DNA of 62,874 nt from Bacteroidales bacterium (GTDB taxonomy: Bacteria; Bacteroidota; Bacteroidia; Bacteroidales; UBA932). The notes under the pieces are model-generated. The model searched no databases. It was not told where the DNA came from and saw only the letters and a program-made list of their open reading frames with translations. Positions 8,308 through 17,843 of this stretch are shown piece by piece. Position 1 is the first letter of the stretch; each line of letters starts with the position of its first letter. The DNA is taken from NCBI GenBank assembly GCA_017960085.1, contig JAGCZI010000159.1, positions 1-62,874 on the forward strand, written 5' to 3'. Both the position numbers and the translations under genes were made by a program.

Positions 8308-10224
8308 CTAGCTGAGCTTCAGGCACAGCAAGGTCATATCGTCATTGGGGTCAGAGCCGTCGCGATGCTTCTCGACGGCAGCCTTTATCATATCGATGAC
8401 TTCGCTTGAGTTGCGTTTTCCGGCCTGGGCCATCAGATTGATGATCTGCTGGTCACCGAACAGCTCCTTGGCGGGATTCTCAGCTTCGTTGAGACCGTCG
8501 GTATAGAGGAGCATCATCTTCCCGCGGATGTCATCGATGCTTTCCTCCTCGAATTCAAAGCCTTTGAAAAGACCCAGAGGGAGATTGGCGTGCTTCATAT
8601 CGAGGAAAGCGTCGTTGAGGACGGGAGCATTGTGACCGCAGTTGCAGTATTCGAGCTTGCCGCTGTCGAGGTGCAGAAGTGCGATGAACATCGTGACGAA
8701 CATATTGGCGTCATTGTTCTCGGACAGTTCGTTGTTCATATAGGTAGCGATGTCCGAAGTTGACCTGCCCTCTGCTGCCAGGACGCGGAAGAGCTGTGCG
8801 CTCTGCGCCATAAAGAGAGATGCGGGAACTCCCTTGCCGCTCACGTCACCTACGCAGAAATAGATGCTGTTATCCTTTTCGACGTAACCGTAGAGGTCGC
8901 CTCCGACTTCCTTCGCAGGAGTCATCGAAGCGGACAGGTCAAGGTCTTTGTGTTCGGGGAAGACACGGGGCAGCATACTCATCTGGATGTCGCTGGCCAC
9001 TTTAAGCTCATTCTCGAGAGATGCCGTCATCGCGGTGGTCCTCTTCAGCTCTTCGATATAGTTCACCAGAGAATGCTGCATATTGCCGAACGACTGGCTC
9101 AACTGGCCGATTTCATCGACACGTCCGTCATCCGGCAGGGTCTGGTCGAAATGTCCTTCGGCGATTGTTCCGGTCTGATGGGCAAGCTTTTTCAAAGGCT
9201 CCAGCTCTTTGCTGACGATGCGCACAAAGACGAACAGCATCAGCAGCAAGCCGAACATCACGATTCCGACGACGATGCGTTTCAGGCGGGTATAGCCGCT
9301 GAATATGTCGCTTTCAGGGCAGACGATGGCCACGCTCCATCCGGTATTGCCGAGAGGCCTGAAGAATACATAGCTGTCGGCACCGTCGATGAAGAGCTGG
9401 CGCATACCTTCTTCTCCCCTGAGCATCGCGTGTCCGAGTTCTGAAATCGCAGGATTCGGTTTTTCCAGGGTTTCCGTAAAGATGGTCTGGTAGAACAACT
9501 TTGACTTGTCGGGATGGACGAAGTAGGTGCCGCCTTCACCGATCATTATGGTGTAGGAGTTCGGGTAAGGCTTGACGGCCGAGATTGTATTTGACAGCCA
9601 GTCCAGAGAGATGTCCACAGACAAGGTGCCGATGAAAATGCCGAAGTCGTCTTTCAGGGGCTTGCAGTAGGACGCGATCATCGCTTCGTAGGTAACATCA
9701 TCGGGATTGTAGTCAAAGAACGGTTCAGTCCAGACAGGGCGGTCCAGGAGTTTCGGCATCATGAACCAGTCCATATAGAAATATTCGTAGTGGTCGTTGC
9801 CTTCCTGAGTAGTCGAAATCACCCCGTTGTCATTCAGGGAGAATGCAGAGAAGTAAAGCCCGCGGTCACGGTAGTAGTAAGGTTCGAAGGCGATGGAGCA
9901 TCCGTTCAAGAAAGGATTGTTCAGCAGGATCTGTCTTGAATAGACAAACATCGAATCGGGTTCGTTGATATGCGCCTTGATCTCCCATTCCATATTGTCT
10001 GTGGCAATCTCCACCTTCTCAAGAATCGAATTCACGCGGAGGTTGGTGTTTTCAAGCACCTGGGTGGCGCGGTTGACAGCCTCGCGCCGCACGGTGGTGA
10101 GTGACTGCGAGAACATAAATCCCAAAGAGATAAGGAAGATGAGAGCCGCGAAAGATACGATCCAGAGACTCAGCTTCCTGGAGAGAGACTGTTTGATGTA
10201 ATCTGATATCTGGGAACGGGCCAT
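8308..10224 (-). CDS. Membrane sensor protein phosphatase: Cache-like domain, HAMP and PP2C/SpoIIE
   Basis: 638 aa with two TM helices flanking a ~280-aa extracytoplasmic domain. HAMP segment KELEPLKKLAHQTGTIAEGHFDQTLP. SpoIIE motifs ASDIQMSMLP, AKEVGGDLYGY, FCVGDVSGKGVPASLFMA and TDGLNEA. Confidence 0.9.
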   Translation of the reverse strand: MARSQISDYIKQSLSRKLSLWIVSFAALIFLISLGFMFSQSLTTVRREAVNRATQVLENTNLRVNSILEKVEIATDNMEWEIKAHINEPDSMFVYSRQILLNNPFLNGCSIAFEPYYYRDRGLYFSAFSLNDNGVISTTQEGNDHYEYFYMDWFMMPKLLDRPVWTEPFFDYNPDDVTYEAMIASYCKPLKDDFGIFIGTLSVDISLDWLSNTISAVKPYPNSYTIMIGEGGTYFVHPDKSKLFYQTIFTETLEKPNPAISELGHAMLRGEEGMRQLFIDGADSYVFFRPLGNTGWSVAIVCPESDIFSGYTRLKRIVVGIVMFGLLLMLFVFVRIVSKELEPLKKLAHQTGTIAEGHFDQTLPDDGRVDEIGQLSQSFGNMQHSLVNYIEELKRTTAMTASLENELKVASDIQMSMLPRVFPEHKDLDLSASMTPAKEVGGDLYGYVEKDNSIYFCVGDVSGKGVPASLFMAQSAQLFRVLAAEGRSTSDIATYMNNELSENNDANMFVTMFIALLHLDSGKLEYCNCGHNAPVLNDAFLDMKHANLPLGLFKGFEFEEESIDDIRGKMMLLYTDGLNEAENPAKELFGDQQIINLMAQAGKRNSSEVIDMIKAAVEKHRDGSDPNDDMTLLCLKLS

Positions 10225-10228
10225 AATA

Positions 10229-11176
10229 TTACTTTGCCAATAATTGTTCGTATGTCACTTCTTTCTCCAGCATTCCGTACTCGACCATCATATCGCTGGC
10301 CAGCTTCACCATATCAGGGCGCAGGCGGAACTCGAGTTTGCCGGTCAGCTTGTCTTCAAGCATACTCAGCACTTCCTTAAGCATAAGCTTCTGAAGAATC
10401 CTGTTGGTGGCGATATGGTTTTCCTGGACATATTTCATCACTATGTCCAGCGTCTCATTGGGGTGCTCTGCCGCCCATTCCCAACCTTTACGGCTGGCTG
10501 CGGCGAACTTGCGGGCTTGTTCCTTATGCTTGTTGTAGTAATCTACAGTCATATACACGCCGTCTTCCTGGACATTGTAACCAGAATCGCGGAAGCGGAA
10601 CACCTCCTCATCAGAAAGCTCATAGCCAGCCTGGATGATCTGATAATATTCATTATAGCTCATAGCCAGCGTAGCGTCCAGACCTCCTTTGATGAACAGG
10701 TTGACATTTGTAGCAAACGGAGTCCAGTCGTAGTCCAGTCCTTCCTTTATGCTCATACACTTGGCGAGCTGGCCGAAGCCTGCGCTCCAGATGCCCACGC
10801 GCTCACCTTTCTGCGTGAGAGGATTCTTGCCGCGGCGGGATACGAGGACCATCGCATTGTTCATCGAGGTCTGAAGTATGTTCACCAAGGGAATGCCCCT
10901 GTCAATGATTTCCATAGCCTGGCAGAGCTGCAGTGTAGTTGCCTGGCTTTCATTGTCGCGGATTCGGTTGATGGCAGTCAGCGTCGCCGTGGGGTGAACG
11001 ATTTCGACGTCCAGGCCGGCCTCTTTGTAGAAGCCCATTTCCTTGGCGACGTAATACCCGGCGAACTGGGCCTGCGCAGTCCATTGAGGAGTAAATACCA
11101 GCCGTTCCTGGGCATATAATGCTACAGAAACGGCAGAAAGAAGGATAGCAGTGGCTGCGTGTTTGAGGAACTTCAT
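10229..11176 (-). CDS. Periplasmic substrate-binding protein, NMT1/THI5 (SsuA/TauA-like) family; no cognate ABC permease or ATPase nearby
   Basis: 315 aa with a signal peptide. QWTAQAQFAGYYVAKEMGFYKEAGLDVEIVHP is typical of the NMT1/SsuA fold. Its start overlaps the upstream permease stop by 4 nt, and 4 nt separate it from the downstream phosphatase. Confidence 0.75.
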   Translation of the reverse strand: MKFLKHAATAILLSAVSVALYAQERLVFTPQWTAQAQFAGYYVAKEMGFYKEAGLDVEIVHPTATLTAINRIRDNESQATTLQLCQAMEIIDRGIPLVNILQTSMNNAMVLVSRRGKNPLTQKGERVGIWSAGFGQLAKCMSIKEGLDYDWTPFATNVNLFIKGGLDATLAMSYNEYYQIIQAGYELSDEEVFRFRDSGYNVQEDGVYMTVDYYNKHKEQARKFAAASRKGWEWAAEHPNETLDIVMKYVQENHIATNRILQKLMLKEVLSMLEDKLTGKLEFRLRPDMVKLASDMMVEYGMLEKEVTYEQLLAK

Positions 11177-12489
11177 TTTTCTTCTGGTGTATCAGCGTTG
11201 AATTCGTAGTCCTTGCCGGGCAGGATGGCATTGAGGATAACTCCTACCAATGCGGCTGTTGCGAGGCCTGAGAGAGTGGTGAAACCGATAGGAAGAGCGT
11301 CGTTCGCACCGTACTTGATGCCGATGGCGAGCACGAGTATGAGGGCGGCGACGATTACGTTGCGTGAAGAGGTGAAGTCCACGTGGTTATCAACCATATT
11401 GCGTACGCCGACAGCCGAAATCATACCGTAGAGCACGAGAGAGACACCGCCGATGGTTGAGGCGGGCATTGCTCCGATGAGTGCGGAGAACTTAGGGCAG
11501 AACGACAGTATGATGGCGAAGATTGCCGCAAGTCTGATGACTCTGGGGTCAAAAACTTTTGTAAGGTTGAGTACGCCTGTGTTCTCACCGTATGTTGTAT
11601 TTGCGGGAGCTCCGAACAGGGAAGCCAGCATAGTGGCAAGACCGTCGCCCATAAGGGTGCGGTGGAGACCCGGGTCGCCAAGATAATTCTTGCCGACGGT
11701 TGAGGAAATGGCGCAGATGTCACCGATATGCTCCATCATTGTGGCCAGTGAGATCGGCACTATGGTGATGATTGCGCTCACCAGAAGGCCCCAGTTGGGA
11801 TTTTTGAAGACAGCGAAAACTGTATCCTGCATCTTGAAGGGGAATCCGATCCAGGCGGCTTCCTTGACGGCGGAGAAGTCGCACAGGCCGAAGCAGGCCG
11901 CAACGATGTATGAGCCGAGCACTCCCAGAAGGATGGGGAGGATTTTTATCATTCCTTTACCCCAGATGTTGCAGACGATGATGATGACGATGGCAAGCAA
12001 AGCAATCCACCAGTTGGTCTGACAGTTGTTTATAGCGGAACCGGAAAGGGTCAGACCGATGGCGATGATGATGGGGCCGGTGACGATGGGAGGGAAGAAA
12101 CGCATAACTTTCTTGACTCCGAACGCTGCGATGAGGGCGGCAAGGATGAAATAAAGGATGCCGGCGCAGAAGACGCCGAAGCAGGCATACGGCAGCGACT
12201 GGGCTGCACTCATACCCTGGTCTGCTCCCATAGCGACTACCGAAGCGTAGCCACCGAGGAATGCGAAAGACGATCCCAGGAATGCCGGGACTTTCATCTT
12301 GGTGAGAAGATGGAAAATCAATGTGCCGACGCCTGCGAACAACAATGTGGCAGACATTGACAGCCCGGTGAGGACGGGGACCAGGACGGTGGCTCCGAAC
12401 ATAGCGAACATATGCTGGAGACCGAGGGTTAGCATCTTGCCCCGGCCAAGCGTCTGGGCGTCATAAATAGGTTGGTGAGAGTGTTTCAT
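11173..12489 (-). CDS. uraA: NCS2-family nucleobase permease (uracil permease-like)
   Basis: 438 aa. GLQHMFAMFGATVLVPVLTG, VPAFLGSSFAF and GDPGLHRTLMGDGLATMLASLFGAPANTTYGENTGV are colinear with E. coli UraA signature blocks. Confidence 0.8.
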   Translation of the reverse strand: MKHSHQPIYDAQTLGRGKMLTLGLQHMFAMFGATVLVPVLTGLSMSATLLFAGVGTLIFHLLTKMKVPAFLGSSFAFLGGYASVVAMGADQGMSAAQSLPYACFGVFCAGILYFILAALIAAFGVKKVMRFFPPIVTGPIIIAIGLTLSGSAINNCQTNWWIALLAIVIIIVCNIWGKGMIKILPILLGVLGSYIVAACFGLCDFSAVKEAAWIGFPFKMQDTVFAVFKNPNWGLLVSAIITIVPISLATMMEHIGDICAISSTVGKNYLGDPGLHRTLMGDGLATMLASLFGAPANTTYGENTGVLNLTKVFDPRVIRLAAIFAIILSFCPKFSALIGAMPASTIGGVSLVLYGMISAVGVRNMVDNHVDFTSSRNVIVAALILVLAIGIKYGANDALPIGFTTLSGLATAALVGVILNAILPGKDYEFNADTPEEK

Positions 12490-12513
12490 AGTTTAAGCGT
12501 TTAGTATTCGGTC

Positions 12514-14256
12514 TTACTTGACATCCTTGGCTGCCAAAGTGCTCTGTGAGATATTGATGATGAAGTCACCCATCTTCTCGAGGCCGTTGACGACGTCCAT
12601 ATAGAAGGAACCGGTCTCGTAAGGATAGCTGCGGTCCTCAAGGCTGGCCAGATGCTCTTCCCTGAGAAGGTCGCGGTACGAGTTGATACGTTCCTCGGCG
12701 CGCTCTGCGTTCGAAATGTCCTTCAGTTTGACCAGGGGCGTCTCGAGATTGTAGTGCATCTGCTCGAAGGCTTCGTCTACCAGAGTGGCCATACGGTCGA
12801 TCTTTGTGACCATATCGGGAGTGAAAGGTTTCTTGTGAGCCCAGGCCCTTGCAATCGACCGGCCGATGCTCTCTCCGCTGTCGCCCAGGGATTCCATCTC
12901 ACCGATGATGCGGTAGAAACTGCGCACCCTGACGATACCTTCGTAGCTGGTATCACCCTTCGAAACCTGGGACAGATATGTGGCGATTTCCTTCTCCACC
13001 TGGTCGGTTATTTCCTCATATTTTATGAGTTTGGCGTTCCACTGCTCGAAGTCGCTCTCGCTGGTGGCATCGGCGGCACTCTTGATGAAACCTACAACCC
13101 GCCGGCACAAGTCGCCGTAGCGTACGATCTCCAGCTTCGCGGAGTTGAGGGCGAGGTCACCGGTCTGCATAACGGCGTTGGCTCCGATATACTTGAGCCG
13201 GTAGGTCTCTTCCTCTGATTCCTTGTTGGGTACCATCCACTTCACGATCTTCTCTATCTGAGGGATGAACCACACGAGGATGAGGGTGTTTATGATGTTG
13301 AACAGGGTGTGCAGGGTGGCCACACTGTAGGGCAGGGAGGCTACGAGAGCCTCGCGGGTGGCTGCATCTGCCATCGTGAAATCAGTCAGATAAGGATTGG
13401 GAAAGCCGAACAGGGTCACTATCTTGCCTATGAAGCCCAAAAAAGGTTTGAAGAGACAGGTGACCCACATAACTCCGAATAAGTTGAACAGCAAATGGGC
13501 GCGGGCAGTGCGTCGGGCGCTGACATTTGCCACTGAAGCAGCGATGTTTGAAGTAATGGTGGTTCCGATGTTCTCGCCGAGCACCATAGCAGCAGCCATA
13601 GTGAACGGAATGTAGCCCTGGGCAACCAGCACCATCGTGATGGCCATCGTGGCTGCTGAAGACTGCAGCATCAGGGTCATACAGGCGCCTGCGACCATAA
13701 ACAGCAGGATGCTGCCGAAACCCCAGCCGGTCAGTCCCCCGAGGAAATGTCTCACGGGATCGTTGTCGAGCAGGACGGTTGAGGTCTCCCTCAGAGTGGC
13801 AAGACCAAGGAACAACAGTGCGAAACCCATCAGGAATTCACCCATATCCGTGCGCTTCTTGCTCTTCGACACGAAAAGCAGGTAGGCGAAGAACATCAGG
13901 GGAACGGCGATGGCTCCCAGGCTGAAGCTGCCTCCGCCGAAGCTGAGGGCGAAGATCCACGCGGTCACCGTGGTGCCGATGTTTGCACCCATAATCACGG
14001 AAATCGCAGTGGCCAGTCCCAGCAGACCGGCGTTCACGAAGCTGACGAGCATCAGGGTCGTGGCGGTTGAACTTTGTACGAGGGCTGTGACTCCGATACC
14101 GGTGAGGATACCTTTGAAAGTGTTTGAAGTCATCTTGGCCATAAAGTGACGCATCCGGTCACCGGCCATTTTCTGCAAACCTCCGCTCATCAGGGACATT
14201 CCGTAAAGGAACATTCCCAAAGAGCCGAGAAGGGTCAGAATCTGCAGTACTAACAT
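12514..14256 (-). CDS. Na+/phosphate cotransporter family protein (NptA-like) with C-terminal PhoU-like repeats
   Basis: 580 aa. The N-terminal half is polytopic with duplicated QSSTATT / QSSAATMA motifs. The C-terminal half is a soluble helical domain. Confidence 0.85.
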   Translation of the reverse strand: MLVLQILTLLGSLGMFLYGMSLMSGGLQKMAGDRMRHFMAKMTSNTFKGILTGIGVTALVQSSTATTLMLVSFVNAGLLGLATAISVIMGANIGTTVTAWIFALSFGGGSFSLGAIAVPLMFFAYLLFVSKSKKRTDMGEFLMGFALLFLGLATLRETSTVLLDNDPVRHFLGGLTGWGFGSILLFMVAGACMTLMLQSSAATMAITMVLVAQGYIPFTMAAAMVLGENIGTTITSNIAASVANVSARRTARAHLLFNLFGVMWVTCLFKPFLGFIGKIVTLFGFPNPYLTDFTMADAATREALVASLPYSVATLHTLFNIINTLILVWFIPQIEKIVKWMVPNKESEEETYRLKYIGANAVMQTGDLALNSAKLEIVRYGDLCRRVVGFIKSAADATSESDFEQWNAKLIKYEEITDQVEKEIATYLSQVSKGDTSYEGIVRVRSFYRIIGEMESLGDSGESIGRSIARAWAHKKPFTPDMVTKIDRMATLVDEAFEQMHYNLETPLVKLKDISNAERAEERINSYRDLLREEHLASLEDRSYPYETGSFYMDVVNGLEKMGDFIINISQSTLAAKDVK

Positions 14257-14299
14257 CCTGTTTATGTTTATTTAGGTATTTACGAATATAGTATAATTA

Positions 14300-16639
14300 T
14301 CAGAAAATGTATCCAGCGTTAACATAGACCTCTGTGCGGTGCCAAAGAGATGACCAGTGCAGCTGTATGCTGAGAGGTCCGATGAATGAATCGTAAGACA
14401 GCTTCAGTCCCGCGCCGTGGACATCGTATTGGCTGTGACTCTTATTGGCGTAGTTGAAGTCGGTCGCCGTGATGCCGTAGTTGTACATAGCGTAGGCGTA
14501 GAACTTGGGAGAGAGTTTCACCCTCGCGTCAAGCCTTGCGGCCGCAAGCCAGTCGTATGCCAGGGCGGCATCCACCATACCTACGAACGGAACCTGGGTT
14601 TCAAAGTACCTGCCGGAGAAATCTCCTCCGATGGCATTGCCTAAAGGAGTGCCGTAAAGCCCGTTGTGGTCATTCATTATGGATCTCAGGTAGAATGACG
14701 TCTCAAAGGCAAACCGTTCTCCTATGGGGATAGCGCCCAGGAAATCATAGGCTACCGTGAACGGACCGCCTGCAGATGCGGGATCTTCAAAGAAGTCCTG
14801 CATAAGCGAATACTTGAGAGCCAGGCTGGTCTTTATTCCGCGGGTGGGATAATAAGCGTTGTCCAGCACGTCATAGTCCAGCTTGCCGTGAAGTTCCAAT
14901 GTATGGTTTTGTGGCTCTTTCATAACGTCTGCCATAAGCTCGTCGGTACTTTGGTACAATTTATAGCGGCTGTACCTCAGGCCCAGATTCGCGGTGAAGA
15001 ATTTCGAATAGGTCTCCTTGATGAAAATATCCGACTGCGTGCGGTGGTATCCGTCGAAACTTGCGAAAGGAGTGGTGCCGGGGATAGTATAGTTCAGTCC
15101 GAGATTCTTGAATGAGTAGCTTACGCCTACCGTAGGGAAATAATAAGGTACATACAGCAACTGTGCCTCGTATTTAGGATAATATCCGAGCCTGCCGTTG
15201 AGATTGAGCCTTACGGTATTCATCCTGTGGGCGTTCAGCCCGGCTTCGACAAGGATGTTTGCCGCCTCGTCGTTGTCGTAGCGTATTCCGAGTCCGAGCT
15301 GGTGGGGCGGTCTCTTGTTGAGGTCGAATACCAGCCTGTACTTGTCCCCGTCGTTCTCAAAATGATAGGAAATATCTCTGTAAACGCCAGTTCCGGAAAA
15401 GATGGAGAGAGCCCTGTCGACATCCTCGCCTGTAATGGTGGTCTTGTCCTTGAGGCGGGTCTTGAGCAGGAGCCATTTGCGGTCACGCTCAGTTACGCCG
15501 TTGATGACTATGTCAGACAGATCGAAAGAGGTCTTGTACATATTGACTGCCTTCGGAATATCCTTGCGGGAATAGTCGGGGGCATATTTGTCGATAATCT
15601 GCTTGACCTTGAGGAGCTCGGGCATATGCTTCAGCGCTGCGGTGTATCCTCTGTCAATCAGAGTGTCTATAGAGGCGCTGTCAAAACTCAGTGAACCGTA
15701 ACCGCTTATGTCGGGGACGATGAGCACGTCGCACATTTCAGAGTGCTCCACGTGGGACTCGTTTGTCGAAATGTTGAGGAACTGCTGCAGGATCTGGGGC
15801 AGGGAGCGGGTGTTGTCCGCCTCGTGCACGCCCTTGTCACTCACGTCCACTCCGATGATGATGTCGGCTCCCATTGCCTTGCAGACATCAGTCGGGAAAT
15901 TGTTGCGGAAACCTCCGTCGATCAGAATCATATCGCCCATATTGACGGGAGCGAAGACACCGGGGATCGCCATAGAAGCCCTGATGGCCGTAGGCAGCTT
16001 GCCGCTGCGGAATACAATCTCATTGTTGGTGATAAGGTCGACGGCAACGCAGGCAAAAGGAATAGGCAGGTCGGCGAAGTCGATTGAGTCCTGGTATCCG
16101 ACGCTGAGGCCTGTAAACAGGTTGAGGACATTCTGCCCGTTGATCACTCCGGCGGGAAGGCTTGTGGTGAAGTCCCTCATACTGGAGGCATTGCTCTCCT
16201 TGTGGCTGTCAAGATTGTCGAGCAGGCCGAGGCCGGTGCTGAAAGGGACGTCCAGCAGGATATGTTCGTTAGTCCATTTTCTCTGGGTCGACAGTTCGCT
16301 GCGCTGGACTGTGTTGCTCATATATATCGACCAGTCCATACCGCGGATGATGGTGTCCATCTCCGCTGCGCTGTATCCGAGGGAATACATACTGCCCATT
16401 ATGGAGCCCATACTGGTGCCGGTGACATAGTCAACCTGGATGCCGAGGTCCTCGAGAACCTTCAGGACACCGATGTGGGCCGAACCTTTGGCGCCGCCGC
16501 CACTGAGCACGAGACCTATCTTAGGCCTGGCGACGCTGTTGTTCAACAGAGAGTCAAGTCTTTCCGCAGCATTGCCGCTGATGGCACACGTTAACGATAT
16601 CAGCAGTACAGCGAAGAGTTTTGCGGAAACAGATTTCAT
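14300..16639 (-). CDS. Patatin-like phospholipase fused to an Omp85/BamA-type beta-barrel (type Vd autotransporter-like, PlpD-like)
   Basis: Signal peptide, then GLVLSGGGAKGSAHIGVL (oxyanion GGGxxG), GTSMGS (GxSxG) and LIDGGFRNNFP (catalytic Asp). The C-terminal ~350 aa is Y/G-rich beta-barrel ending ..VNAGYIF. Confidence 0.85.
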   Translation of the reverse strand: MKSVSAKLFAVLLISLTCAISGNAAERLDSLLNNSVARPKIGLVLSGGGAKGSAHIGVLKVLEDLGIQVDYVTGTSMGSIMGSMYSLGYSAAEMDTIIRGMDWSIYMSNTVQRSELSTQRKWTNEHILLDVPFSTGLGLLDNLDSHKESNASSMRDFTTSLPAGVINGQNVLNLFTGLSVGYQDSIDFADLPIPFACVAVDLITNNEIVFRSGKLPTAIRASMAIPGVFAPVNMGDMILIDGGFRNNFPTDVCKAMGADIIIGVDVSDKGVHEADNTRSLPQILQQFLNISTNESHVEHSEMCDVLIVPDISGYGSLSFDSASIDTLIDRGYTAALKHMPELLKVKQIIDKYAPDYSRKDIPKAVNMYKTSFDLSDIVINGVTERDRKWLLLKTRLKDKTTITGEDVDRALSIFSGTGVYRDISYHFENDGDKYRLVFDLNKRPPHQLGLGIRYDNDEAANILVEAGLNAHRMNTVRLNLNGRLGYYPKYEAQLLYVPYYFPTVGVSYSFKNLGLNYTIPGTTPFASFDGYHRTQSDIFIKETYSKFFTANLGLRYSRYKLYQSTDELMADVMKEPQNHTLELHGKLDYDVLDNAYYPTRGIKTSLALKYSLMQDFFEDPASAGGPFTVAYDFLGAIPIGERFAFETSFYLRSIMNDHNGLYGTPLGNAIGGDFSGRYFETQVPFVGMVDAALAYDWLAAARLDARVKLSPKFYAYAMYNYGITATDFNYANKSHSQYDVHGAGLKLSYDSFIGPLSIQLHWSSLWHRTEVYVNAGYIF

Positions 16640-16654
16640 AGCACTTCCTATTTA

Positions 16655-17821
16655 TTATATCAGAAGATTATAGATAAAGAACCCCAGATAATTACCCAAT
16701 GCAAAGCCTATGATGCCGACTGTGATGCCGGGCACGAGCACTTTCTTGTTGTTCATTGCAGAAACTACGATAGGGACGAAAGGCGGCGAGTTGATGAGAG
16801 ATACCGAAGTGGCTATCATCATATCGGCGTCGACCTTGAGCAGCTTCGACAGGATCACCTGCAGCAGCAGCGACACGAAAATAACGAAGAACAGGAAGAG
16901 GAAAGCATAAAGACCTTCGCGTATGTTCAGCTTCGTGACATCGGCCATCGAGGCTATCGTGATGGAGAATATGTATATGAGGTAAAGACCGAGGTCGTAA
17001 CTTAATGTCAGTTTCTTGACGGGTTTGGTGTTGGCGGCAATCAGGGCGAAGGTGCTTATGCCGAGGATGAATATCGGCATAAACCATCCCTTCGGGAACA
17101 GCTTGGTGAGCAGGAATGCCAGACCTACGCAGATTATGACGGCAACCAGGATCCTCCATACCTGGCCCCAGCCTTTGGCGGTCTTCAGGGCAGCGTACGG
17201 ATTCTTGTTCCCCTCGATGATCTGCTCGTTGACTTCCACTTTGGCACCGGCCTTGGCTGCATCGTCGCCGTGCGACTTATTCTTCAGGAATTTGCGGAAG
17301 AGGCGGATTCCGAAGCTCAGAAGGAATACGAAATAGAGGAAGCAGACGAGCATATCGTAGCTGTTGAGCATCACGAAAGTCTCGCTGGGCACATTGAGCA
17401 GAAGCTGCAGGGATGCCATATTGATGGTGCCTCCCGTCTCGCAGCCGGTAATCAGCGCGGCTATCTCAGGCGCCTGTGTTCCGACGTGTCTTCCGAAGAG
17501 CCAGTATCCGAGGAAGATGGAAGTGATTATGGCCACCAGGCCGGCAATCAAGGAACGGAAGATACCCTTGAGGCTGTCCCTTGTGAGCGCGCAGGCGAAC
17601 AGCATCATAGGGAGGGCTACGGGGATGAGGGCGTTGGTCAGGGTCTCTTTAAGCCCGTAGTTGCCTTCGTTGATCCAAGGCAGGTTGCCGATGATGACAC
17701 CCAGGATGTAAAGGATCAGGATGGGACCGATCTTGCCAAGGAACGGAACCTTGTTGCACAGACGCAGGATGAGTGCCGGGGTCAGGCAGAAGATCAGGAC
17801 AAGGATGATTTTTGAAACCAT
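16655..17821 (-). CDS. Polytopic integral membrane protein (DUF819/YjcL-like, putative transporter)
   Basis: 388-aa hydrophobic ORF with more than 10 predicted TM helices. The family name comes from memory of N-terminal similarity only. Confidence 0.7.
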   Translation of the reverse strand: MVSKIILVLIFCLTPALILRLCNKVPFLGKIGPILILYILGVIIGNLPWINEGNYGLKETLTNALIPVALPMMLFACALTRDSLKGIFRSLIAGLVAIITSIFLGYWLFGRHVGTQAPEIAALITGCETGGTINMASLQLLLNVPSETFVMLNSYDMLVCFLYFVFLLSFGIRLFRKFLKNKSHGDDAAKAGAKVEVNEQIIEGNKNPYAALKTAKGWGQVWRILVAVIICVGLAFLLTKLFPKGWFMPIFILGISTFALIAANTKPVKKLTLSYDLGLYLIYIFSITIASMADVTKLNIREGLYAFLFLFFVIFVSLLLQVILSKLLKVDADMMIATSVSLINSPPFVPIVVSAMNNKKVLVPGITVGIIGFALGNYLGFFIYNLLI

Positions 17822-17843
17822 TTGAGATGATATTGTGACAGGA

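Noticed and set aside
10244-11119. 291-aa plus-strand ORF over the substrate-binding-protein gene; also 41142..42044 (-) over mutL and 6793..7383 (-) over the OYE gene
   Set aside because: These are antisense to well-supported genes. They have H/R/L-rich composition and no motifs.
14300-16639. Patatin phospholipase considered as a CBASS-type anti-phage effector
   Set aside because: There is no cyclase or CD-NTase and no cap genes nearby. The protein has a signal peptide and an Omp85 barrel, which fits a surface lipase and not a cytoplasmic abortive-infection effector.
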